Positions 52,611 through 64,000 of a stretch of 64,000 bases of DNA are shown here, piece by piece (the stretch's first letter is position 1; the number at the start of each line of letters is the position of its first letter). Source of the DNA: Bugula neritina (taxonomy: Eukaryota; Animalia; Bryozoa); contig OZ037769.1 of assembly GCA_964035545.1 (NCBI GenBank), forward strand, positions 4,755,929-4,819,928, read 5' to 3'. Position numbers and translations under genes: made by a program. The notes below the pieces were generated by a model that had not been told where the DNA came from, made no database searches, and saw only the letters and a list, made by a program, of their open reading frames with translations.

Positions 52611-54577
52611 ATGACTCACTTATCCAGTAAGTTTTGCTAATATATGAAACTATTTTTTTAACCTTAAAATTTTGTTTGTATTGTCTAAAAATAAGTTGGT
52701 GTATTGCTGCTAAGCTGATTATCTACAAGCAAATAATTTAATTCCTACTGAGCATTCAACATTTATGTTTAGCCCTAGATGAGTTTTGCCGACAAATGAT
52801 AATTTCAAGTAGTAGTTGTTTGTATGCAATTCCAAGTAGTTTCTGGTAGTTGACACTTTGGTGATGGTAGTTGACAATTAACTATATCAATAAGATCTGA
52901 TCCATGTTTTACTTTGTGTATACTACTTGGGCCCAACATCCGTAAGTGAGTTGTGGTAAACTCAGGCTTTTCATTGTTTCAGTAAAATTGGTAGCTCTAG
53001 TGGTGGTGGTGAGCGTTTCTCTGCCAGTGGTGTGGAGCAACCCTCATGCCAAACGCTTGTATAACGACTTGCTGGTCAAGAGTGGATACAACAAGCTTAT
53101 TCGACCTGTGGCTAGGAATAATGATACACTCACAGTTAAACTAGGCTTGAAGCTGTCTCAACTCATCGGAATAGTCAGTAGCTTTTATAATTTATGTTTA
53201 GCGTTTTTTTTTTTAGATTTTCATTAGTGAGTTTTTTAGAAATTATTGAACTAGTTGTGCTTATCAATTGTAGTGCCATATTAAAGTCAATTCAAGATAA
53301 TGAAACTAAAACCAATTCATTGATACTGTTGCTGCTGTCATTCAGCTAGTTTAACGCAACACTGTTTATTGTAGGATGAGAAAAATCAGATTATGACTAC
53401 TAATGTTTGGCTGAGTCAGGTAAGATACTTCTAGAACTTTCCATTTCAGTTGTCAGAGACTGTACCTGTACCTGCCATATACTGACTCTATTATAATACA
53501 TGTCACGCCCTTTATGTTGTTGAACTGAAGCTGTCAATAACATAAATAGTTTCAGTTTAGTGTAACTGATCCCCCCCCCCCCCAACAGAAAATGGCTTGA
53601 AGCAGCACCAAGTTAGTGGTCACTGAGTTCACTGCGCAGGAGTTTATAGCTGAGAATTATGGCTTGGAGTTTGTACACTGATGTCTACACAAAACTGTAC
53701 TCGGTCACCCCACAACTTGGTGCTGCTTCCAGCAATATTCGATCTAACAACTGTGCATAGCATAGCTGTTATTTACACTGAGTTATCTGACAGAATTGTC
53801 CTCTCTCACTACTCCCGATAACAATGCCCCCTTGTCTTTGTCAGGAGTGGATTGATTTAAACCTCATCTGGGATCCTAAACAGTATGGTGGGGTTGAAGT
53901 GTTGTATGTGCCTTCAGAGGAGATTTGGTTGCCTGATATTGTACTTTACAACAAGTGAGTTTGCTAATGACTTCTTCATTAGTTTATTATCTTCTCCTAC
54001 TTGATCACACACTAGCAGTATTTCTGGCACTGTGTGTGCTGAGACATCAGCGTATATATTTGGTGAAACACCAGTGTTTGCAGGGCTGCTATGTTTTTAA
54101 ACATCAATTCAACATGTCAAGCACATGTAGCACATGTCAAGCACCTGTAGCACTATTTCAACATGTCAAGCACCTGTAGCACTACTTCAATATGCCAAGC
54201 ACCTGTAACACTATTTTAACGCAGTGGCCGTGACACTTTTTATTGGTTTATCTGTTGATACCCTGTGCACAGGAGTGGATAGATAACTCCTTGAGGTGGG
54301 ACACCAGGGAGTACGATGGTGTCGACCAACTCCACGTTCCAGCAGAGGATCTGTGGAAACCAGACATTGTCCTCTACAACAAGTAAGGCGTAGTCAATGG
54401 TGCCTCTGTCACCACTACTATCACCGCTACTACTGCTACTACTAATACTACTACTACTAGCTACTATTACTACCTACTAATACTACTACTACTAGTTACT
54501 ATTACTAATACTACTACTACTACCACTACTATTAATAGCACTACTAATACTATTACTGCTACTACTACTACTACTAC

Positions 54578-54609
<32 letters not shown>

Positions 54610-57600
54610 GTATTACTACCCTAAATCCTTCTCTGGCAATGAATTTGAGTTTCAGCAGTTAACTTTTCAAACTGCTATTTCAGTATTCTGGACACATCAG
54701 CCAAAACCCCAAAAGTTGACCACTGTTATGCAACATGGTGCCCAGGGAATAGTGGTACACACAGGTGTGAATGGTACTCCAGCACTTACAGTAGCTTATT
54801 ATTTTGGAGTTGTCTATTTTTTCATCCATTCTTGTCCATTTCATTCACTGCAAATATTAAGACTTTATACTAAAGTTTACCTATAGCTTTATGTACTACT
54901 GTGCTGCTGGTACACATGTGACTTATCTGATGGTACTACTGTTACCCTCTTATGATTTCAGTGCCGATGGAAATTATCAAGTGACTTTGATGACTAAGGC
55001 TACCGTGCACTCTACTGGTCGGGTGGTATGGGAGCCACCCGCAATTTATAAAAGTTCTTGTAACATAGACGTAGAGTTCTTCCCTTTCGACATACAGACT
55101 TGTGAGATGAAGTTTAGCTCGTGGACGTATGATGGGTTTCTAGTGAGTGTAGCCTCAATTCCACGTCTCCAACTTATGCCCTTACTAGGTGATGGGGCTA
55201 TCTGAGTTTGGAGCTTACCTAAAGTGGTTTTCATATCTTGTCTAGTAATAGCTAAGTATGATTATTTATTGTATTTGACACTACAACTGGAGACTTGTGA
55301 ACACTAAGCAGAACTTGAAAAGCTTGTGTTGATTGTGGAACAATGGCTTTTTTCATCTGTGGGAGCATTTCTTGCTAAGTGATCTTAACTCTTCGTAGTT
55401 CTTAAGAATCAAATTATTGAATTTTCATTAAGTCTATTTTATTAAGTTGAGAAATCTTGTTGTCCAATAAACTGATTACGAACTGTACATATTCTACAGA
55501 CCCGTATACATTCTACAGACCGTGATAGTGTAGTGTTTTGGTAAGCCGAGTCTCTCTGGGATATGTAGGTTGACCTGAAGCACATTGACCAGGCAGACAT
55601 AGAAGGTGAGGTGGACATACCTATGGCCATGGACATGACAGGATACTACCGGTCCTTTATCTGGGACGTTCTCTCAGTTCCAGCCAGAAGGAATGAAGTC
55701 AACTATCCTTGCTGCCCGGAGTTCTACCCCGACGTGACATTCAGGATCTCAATTCGTCGCAAGACACTATTCTATACCGTGAACCTGATAATCCCCTGTG
55801 TTGCCATATCCTTTCTCACAGTCATGGTTTTCTACCTGCCATCTGACTCAGGAGAGAAGATAACTCTGTGTATATCCATACTCCTGTCACTCACAGTGTT
55901 CTTCCTCTTGCTGGCAGATCTCATCCCGCCCACTTCTATTGTCACGCCCCTCATTGGACGATACTTACTCTTCACGATGATATTGGTCACGCTATCTATC
56001 ATCATCACTGTTGTCGTATTGAACGTGCACAATCGCTCTTCTACTACTCACACCATGTCTCCGTGGGTTCGCAGAGTGTTCCTGTTCATACTGCCTCGAC
56101 TTCTGCTCATGAAACAACCAATGATAGGTCTCGATGGCAAATCTAAAAGGAAGTCTTCGCCAGTAAACAGAACAGGAAATTTAGAAGCAAGGTTAGTAGA
56201 TAACGTATCTTCACACCGCTCTTTGGTTTTAATGAAGGGAACAGGTTTTATCTAAGCGTAGCGTCATCGCAGTGTGTTTAAAATTAATATCGTAAGTTGT
56301 AATTTGTACGTGAAAATTTTAAGGCTCAGAAACATTTAACCAAGTTAGCTGCCATTATATTAGAAACCATTTCCTTGCAATTGCAATTGCTATTTATTTC
56401 CATGCACTAATCAAATTATTTTAGAGGAGAGTCAGCTGTGGAATCCGCGACATTGCTGACGAATAACAAAGCTAACCCCTCACCCTCTCCTCAACCCCCA
56501 TCAACTAAAGAGGGTCTACATCCACCCTCTGCCATCTCTCCTTCTGCCTCCCCACAACCCTCCCGGCGCAAGAAAGTTAAATATCCACCGGAGATTGAGA
56601 AAGCGTTAGACGGAGTTCTGTTCATTGCTCAGCATCTTAGAGATGAGGACGCCGACTCTCAAGTAAGTTCTGTTCTATTCGTAGAGTGATAGGGTCTATG
56701 ATTACTCTAATCGTAGAGTGACAGGGTCTATGATTACTCTAATCGTAGAGTGACAGGGTCTATGATTACTCTAATCATAGAGTGATAGGGTCTATGATTA
56801 CTCTAATCATAGAGTGATAGGGTCTATGATTACTCTAATCGTAGAGTGACAGGGTCTATGATTACTCTAATCATAGAGTGATAGGGTCTATGATTACTCT
56901 AATCGTAGAGTGACAGGGTCTATGATTACTCTAATCATAGAGTGATAGGGTCTATGATTACTCTAATCATAGAGTGATAGGGTCTATGATTACTCTAATC
57001 GTAGAGTGACAGGGTCTATGATTACTCTAATCATAGAGTGATAGGGTCTATGATTACTCTATTCGTAGAGTGATAGGGTCTATGATTACTCTAATCGTAG
57101 AGTGACAGGGTCTATGATTACTCTAATCGTAGAGTGACAGGGTCTATGATTACTCTAATCATAGAGTGATAGGGTCTATGATTACTCTAATCATAGAGTG
57201 ATAGGGTCTATGATTACTCTAATCGTAGAGTGACAGGGTCTATGATTACTCTAATCATAGAGTGATAGGGTCTATGATTACTCTAATCGTAGAGTGACAG
57301 GGTCTATGATTACTCTAATCATAGAGTGATAGGGTCTATGATTACTCTAATCATAGAGTGATAGGGTCTATGATTACTCTAATATATTGCTAATAGCAAG
57401 TTATTATTATCCACACACTCATATCTAGGTCATTGCTCTATTTAAAAACTAGCGTACCTTTATTTTTATTTAATCCTCAAGATATATTATATTTTAGCAT
57501 AATTAAAATATCGCATCTGTGATATTAGATAGTCATGTGCGTATAAAGCATATATTCACAGCTTCCTATAAATGGTTGTCTCTCCAATATTATGGACTTG

Positions 57601-57982
57601 TTTTCATAATAGGCTAAGTGATTTGAAAGAAAGTGACTAGCATCATGCCCCCCCCCCCCAACTTTAGCTATCAAATACTGATGATCATGCTAATTTGCTA
57701 TGGTAATCACATTCACCAACTTGAGAAATCAAAGTGCCTGCTCCACTTTTAACATTTAAACCAACAGATTTGCTAGATTAAAATGCTAATAGTTGTCTGC
57801 TCTTGTAATGAAATGGTTGGTTTATACTTTAGACTGAAGAGGACTGGAAGTACGTTGCCATGGTGATTGATAGATTCTTTCTTTGGCTGTTCACGTCAGC
57901 GTGTATAGTTGGCACTCTGGGAATTATTCTACAAGCTCCAACTCTTTATGATGAAAGAAAAGCAATGGATGTAGGGATATGA
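52611..57982 (+). CDS. nicotinic acetylcholine receptor alpha subunit (cation-selective)
   Basis: Exons 52611-52626 (start exon less certain), 52983-53173, 53375-53419, 53845-53954 or 54273-54382, 54962-55142, 55569-56191, 56425-56662, 57833-57982; NPHAKRLY, Cys-loop [41 protein letters not shown]. Confidence 0.95.
54108..54216. repeat. ~29-bp minisatellite, ~4 copies, between alternative exons
   Basis: Unit ACATGTCAAGCACCTGTAGCACTATTTCA. Confidence 0.8.
54410..54620. repeat. degenerate (TAC)n microsatellite
   Basis: Direct reading. Confidence 0.93.
56672..57383. repeat. 32-bp minisatellite, ~22 copies
   Basis: Unit TACTCTAATC(G/A)TAGAGTGA(C/T)AGGGTCTATGAT. Confidence 0.97.
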
Positions 57983-58953
57983 TTATTAGCAGCCCCCCCC
58001 CCCTCCCGACTAGCCAGGCAGACATCTGTATTCATAAACGATTTCAAAATACTCCGATATGTACATCTCTATATGTTAGCAGTATGTTCACTCAAACTGT
58101 TATCGTCTGTTTCTCTGCCTATGCAGACATTCTATTGGTTACAGTGTTTCCGACGCGCCTCGTTGCGGTTTGCATGAACTTATGGTTGTAGTTTCATTTA
58201 TGCAACTGTTTCCAAACATCTAATGGGAAGTACATTTGCACGACGAAAGGCTTGGAAACGTAGTGATAGCTACTGCTGAAACATTTCTTACTTCAGTTTA
58301 AAGGTCGTATCTGTAAGTCTGTTTGAACTTTGCGAATCACAAACTAACTATATATGTATTGAATATCAATATCAAGTGTTACCTATTTACTCTAATGTGT
58401 TCTTAAATTTGCATTTTTTTATTCAACATGCTCAGAATTATGAGTTTTTATACTTTTATATATCAATTTGTTTTTATTAAATCATAAATATGTTCTGAAA
58501 AGCTATAGTAGAAAATATATTTAAAAGTTACACAAAAATAATATGTAATGAAACATTTCTAATAATTAAAATTTTTAGTGTGTCAAGTTTAGTTTGGCTA
58601 ACCAAGTTAAAGATGGAAGCTAACAAAGTTAAGAATGTAAAAACGTAAAAGATAGTGCTAGTATACTATACAATAATATTTTGAAAGGACCATTCAACAG
58701 GCAGGGAACTAATATACACATTTCCTGTTGCTGATTTGTTAAAAGGAAACTGTTGAGGGATAATTATGCATAGATTGGGTTAATTTGCTCATGAAATTTT
58801 ATATGTGGACTCGAATTACCTATACACTGATTGGAAGGGAGGACAAGTAGTAAAGCTCTAGCCTCTACCATACAGGTAGAGGGTTGGCAGATGGGTATAG
58901 TAGTCAGGTCGTCGAAATCAAGGCAGCATGGTCACTTCGATGGTAAACAGGTT

Positions 58954-61697
58954 TTACTCTGATTTCTGTTGTGAACTGCCCAGTGTAGCGTAAGCATGGC
59001 TGTAAAATAGGAAATCACATATTCTAGCATGTAAACTACATTTGTTGTCTCCTCTTTGCAACAAAAAGTAGGCAACTCTGAGAATTGCTTACTGTGCTAT
59101 ACCTTTTGGTTATTGCAATATTCGACAGTTAGACAAAAGTTTTAAACACTTACTGTTACTCAACTTTCACAGTCTAACGGCTGCCTACCTGTTAATCTCA
59201 GGATCAGTGCCAACTTTAGACTTTTTCTTGTGGCAGACAACTCCAGCAATAATGACAGCAACCACTAGCACTACGAGACAAGCACTAACCCCAACTGCTA
59301 TAGCTATTAGCTGTGCCTTGTCCGACTTTGGAGGCAGTTCAGTGCTAGACACGACAACCTAGAGATTATAAGAATAAGTGATTGGCATGCGGAACTTCAC
59401 GCAGACTTTTTTCTGAAAATATGTTGGAGTTGTCTTCCTTGGAACTCTAAAAAGCTGGCCAGTGAAAAGCTTTGCTTTGTGCAACTGTGTAAGGTATGAA
59501 ATTGCTATTGATGGTTATTTTGGAAAGCCTCATTAATTGAAATTTTAAAAGATTGAAGCTTAATAGCAAGCATTTAGTTGATCTAGCATTGTTTCACTAC
59601 AAAATTATATGACAAACATTATCATCGTTAATTTAGACTATAGTTTATTTCCACATCTAATCAATGATATAAATATGAACCATCTAATTCTAAATGAATT
59701 ACTACAGCTAGAAACATAAATAGCATATGTACTAACTATTTTAGTTAGTACATATGCTATTTATGTACAAGAAAACTTAGTTACAAATAAGAATATACGT
59801 TAGTAACATACCGGAGCATCTTCGTATAGAGCCGGGTCAACAAAAGAAGCGGATATTTCATTGGACCAATCAGCAGCATTCCCTTCATTGTCAAACGCTC
59901 TAATCCGAAAGAAGAATGTATCCAGTTCCTCGTCATCAGACATGCTGAAGAACGTACGGTCCAGCTTATCTAAATCAACCAACACAGACTAAACTTGTTG
60001 TGACTGTTCAAGCCGGTAACTATAACTTAGTATAGCTATAGCATATAATGCTGTTTAGTTGTTGAGTTATTTATTCACAGTAATATGCCATAAATATTAT
60101 GTAACAGATTTGTGATTCATCCCTATGCTATATGTATATACATGTGCCTTAAAGTTTTAATTTGAGCCAGTTTTTCTATGCCAGTTTTTCTATGCCAGTT
60201 TTTGTATGCCTGTTTTTCTATGCTGTTACGCTTATGTATTGTAATAGTCTAGCCTTGATTATTACCCTCTCAAATATTGCATCATGCATATTATATGCTT
60301 TCAGATATGTTTTGCTTTGTATCTTATAAAATATCTTTAAATATTGTAACTTTTGCCCTCCAATGGGATTTGAACCCGAGACCTCCGACTTGCAAGCAGG
60401 CGCGCTAATCATCACACTAAAAGGACTACTGGGTAAATTGAACACTACAAAACCAGTGAGGCTAGCATCTTGACTTACCTGTACTGTACCATACCAGATG
60501 ACTTACCTGTACTGTACCATACCAGATGACTTACCTGTACTGTACCATACCAGATGACTTACCTGTACTGTACCATACCAAATGACTTACCTGTACTGTA
60601 CCATACCAGATGACTTACCTGTACTGTACCATACCAAATGACTTACCTGTACTGTACCATACCAAATGACTTACCTGTACTGTACCATATCATATGACTT
60701 ACCTGTACTGTACCATACCAAATGACTTACCTGTACTGTACCATACCAAATGACTTACCTGTACTGTACCATACCAGATGACTTACCTGTACTGTACCAT
60801 ACCAAATGACTTACCTGTACTGTACCATACCAGATGACTTACCTGTACTGTACCATATCATGTGACTTACCTGTACTGTACCATACCAGATGACTTACCT
60901 GTACTGTACCATACCAGATGACTTACCTGTACTGTACCATATCATGTGACTTACCTGTACTGTACCATACCAGATGACTTACCTGTACTGTACCATACCA
61001 GATGACTTACCTGTACTGTACCATATCATGTGACTTACCTGTACTGTACCATACCAGATGACTTACCTGTACTGTACCAGATGACTTACCTGTACTGTAC
61101 CATACGAGATGACTTACCTGTAAGAATAGTCAGGTTCACCACACTTCCAGCTATCTGCAGAGTAGAGTTTAGACTAGTCTCCAGGAACTGTTCAGGAAGT
61201 AGTAGGAGGGGGTCTGTGACACTCTTATTGCTGTGAGACTCGGGCCACACGCTAACTTCATACCCAGCAGCTAAAATTGGCACAGGTTTTCAAAGTGAGT
61301 ACAAAATAGCATCATGAATAGATGACAGTTAGTAATAGTAAACAATTATTTGAATTGAGAAGCTGATAAACTGAGTAGCACAACTATATCTTACAATTAA
61401 AGCGCACAAACAAGGCATTTAATTTATTTGCTTGACGAACATGTTACACAAAAATAAATTTTAACTCTGCTACAAAATTCAGTCACCATATGCCAGGAGT
61501 TTTAATGCAGTTTGCTTTAAAGTTATATAATGTAGATTATACATTAGAGCGCAACTGCAAGTGGGTTTTGGAAACATAACCTTCTTTGTAGACATCAATA
61601 CTATAATTAAATCACTACCACTTCAAAATTTATTTTTGCTCAATTATAATATACCAAGTAATGAGCAAGAATAAATTATATTAACAGAGAAACAAAA

Positions 61698-61776
<79 letters not shown>

Positions 61777-64000
61777 ATTATTTTTATTATTACTAAAAAG
61801 CGACACTGTACCTGTGCCATAGCTGAGGTCATCACCAGGGGTTGTCCACTGCATTGTTATGTAATCCGTACCATAAATGGCTACAGAAAGCTGCAGATCT
61901 GTGATTTTGTCGGGAGGGAAGTTGTCCTGTTGAGCAACGGCAGCGTCAAACTGTGTCACCTCAAACAAACCCCCTACAGAGAGCCAATCATAAACTTGAT
62001 GACATGCAGAGACATTTCAAATAATAATAAATTACTGTTTGTGTTAACTTTACAAGTAGACTATCTAGTATAAGTTTATACATCTAAAAGGACTAGCCAT
62101 CATCTTCAATTGTAAGACATGTACCTTGGCAGACATTTTGTTTACATCACCAATGACGCATCTTGCGTTAAAAACATACTTAAAAACTATGATTATATCT
62201 TCCTAGTTCTACAATTGTTCTCATTTATTCTGGTGGCTAAATCCAAATAAAAGACTCAAATATTGAAATCTATAAGACAGCATCTGAAACTATATATGTA
62301 GTAATAATTAACACTCTCTAAGCTAGAATAAACCTTATAACATTACCTGATGACGTGCGACTAACAAGCCCAGTGTCGGTAGTCTGTCTTTTCCGTCTGC
62401 CTCCTGAAGTTTGAGAGGGCAACTCCCCATAGCCAAGCACAGAGGTCTGTTATTTGTGTAATACAATATACTGACAATACACATCAAATTAGGACATGCT
62501 GCATAAAGCCATTACTTTTCTATTATTTATTTTCCATTATTATTTTTATATATGCAGAATATATTATATATAGGTATGTTATGGAAACCAGGTGTAAAGA
62601 CATTGTTTAAATATTTAGCAATCTTTATCAAGGTAATTAACTAAGTTGCTGGTATTGTAATGCAACAGATATTACACGTAATTCTACAATAAACATTATC
62701 TTACAGCTCAAGCAATTGCTGACATTTATGAGAAGACAACTCTAATAAAATATAAACACTATGTGACATAACATCACAGCATAGTGTTACCTTGCAGCTG
62801 TAGAACCCATCACCAGTCATCATACTAGAGAGAACAACTCCAGAATATATACCATCTCCCCGTGTTGTATCAGCACCTAATATGTGCGCCCAAACATACA
62901 AATAACAATGTGAAATGCTATGTGGATATATAAATTGTATATGAAATACACAAATTGTTTACAAATACACATGTAATGGAATTCCTCCCAAATATTTCTC
63001 CTAGTTCTAAAGGCAAAACTACTGAGAGTGGATATAGTATGAGAAATATAACAAAAAATGTGACTTCTTTAGATTAAAACATTTCTCCTCTTATCTAAAT
63101 ATAAGACACTATATAATGCCAGTCTGTAAAACATGGGTCGCTGTGCATTTCATATCAGCATTTATACAGAGACCAATGCTTATATTTAATTCGGCATCTA
63201 TTTAGACTAGCTCCGCCTTTACTTAGACTAACTCCACCTCTATGACATCACATTTGAGATGTTTATAATCTACAAGGCATGCACAAACTTGGGTACAGTT
63301 TTGTAGTTAGAAATTACTCTGCAAACACCAAATCAAATTAAAGAGCTTATATCTCACCTACACCATCATCTAAGAGAGCAATAGTTTGAACACTATTATC
63401 TGGGCGTTCAAGGAGGGCTATAGCTGTCACCCCTCTCACTGGTGTCAGATCTTGAGAAACATAAGCTAAGACAAGCACCTGCAGAAATTGTCAGTTATTT
63501 CAAATCTGACACACATGAGCACTGTGGGTTTATTCAAACATACACAGTATAAATGAGTGGTTAACATAAAAATAACAGAGAAAACTGTTATCTTCATTAT
63601 CAGAAGCACTCTCACTGCGTTCCCATACTTTAAATAGAGTTTTCATTCAATGCATGGGGACAGGCCAATTGAATGAAGCCAGAGCCATAAGTTAATGCAA
63701 ACTGCAACCACAAATCCATCCGAAGGAGCATCTGTATGAATTCATTCAATGTATACTGACGACGGAGTGTTTGAGTCTAGCCATGGCCAAGCATTTGACT
63801 GTCACATACCATCAACTGATGAGCTGTAAACAGAGACCACGCCCACACAAATTCTCTTCAACTACTCACCGTAGAAAGTCCAGTAAAATCGACGTTGTTT
63901 GTGCCCATTCTGGAGCTCACTGTGATTGGTCCCTGGCCAGGAACAGCTGAACGTGACGTCACGGATATCACAACGTTTTCATCAACAGAAGTATCGACAT
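58954..64000 (-). CDS. calcium-activated chloride channel regulator (CLCA)-like, 3' part, membrane anchored; 5' part outside the window
   Basis: Exons 63870->64000, 63358-63478, 62791-62876, 62347-62446, 61812-61973, 61118-61270, 59812-59969, 59189-59358, 58954-58999; LLDDGVGAD..DGIYSG, SRTSSGG, FPPDKITDL, WTTPGDD, IRAFD..WSN, TM IAIAVGVSACLVVLVVAVIIAGVVC. Confidence 0.9.
60356..60463 (-). mobile_element. second, truncated copy of the tRNA-derived repeat
   Basis: GGGATTTGAACCCGAGACCTCCGACTTGCAAGCAGG..CTACTGGGTAAATTGAACACTAC aligns with 24809-24892. Confidence 0.75.
60471..61121. repeat. 28-bp minisatellite, ~23 copies, each containing a splice-donor consensus on the minus strand
   Basis: Unit GACTTACCTGTACTGTACCATACCAGAT. 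Confidence 0.97.
61701..61773. repeat. (TA)n microsatellite
   Basis: Direct reading. Confidence 0.97.

Noticed and set aside
52904-52941. Alternative nAChR start exon ATGTTTTAC..CATCC|GTAAGT
   Set aside because: Phase 2 donor does not match the phase 1 acceptor at 52983; 52611-52626 fits
56672-57383. CRISPR-like array (also 60471-61121)
   Set aside because: Head-to-tail units with no unique spacers, eukaryotic intron, no cas genes
63815-63845. Hammerhead ribozyme core CTGATGAG with short stem (also a minus-strand candidate near 40092-40130)
   Set aside because: No correctly placed GAAA or closing stems

Overview
AT-rich, intron-rich animal (invertebrate) genomic DNA; no prokaryotic features. 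I assembled seven spliced genes by hand from GT-AG junctions with consistent phases: (1) a 9-exon signal peptide-2xIg-TM-TIR receptor of IL-1R-like architecture (minus, 1792-8355); (2,3) two tandem HSD17B12/KAR-like short-chain dehydrogenases; (4) a UPF0193/EVG1 (C22orf23) homolog, head-to-head with (5) MTG1; (6) a nicotinic acetylcholine receptor alpha subunit with a duplicated, apparently mutually exclusive exon 4; (7) the 3' part of a membrane-anchored CLCA-like gene. There are three full-boundary LTR retroelements with TSDs: a gag-plus-small-ORF element with identical LTRs in the EVG1 intron, a decayed Gypsy, and a young near-intact element with identical LTRs. Several MITEs, a tRNA-derived inverted repeat family and satellites are also present. 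The most striking observation is that the young element has no normal TGG primer-binding site; the 12 nt abutting its 5' LTR are the exact complement of nucleotides 1-12 of metazoan tRNA-Phe, suggesting priming by a short 5' tRNA fragment. All coordinates and identities are hand-read and no database search was run.
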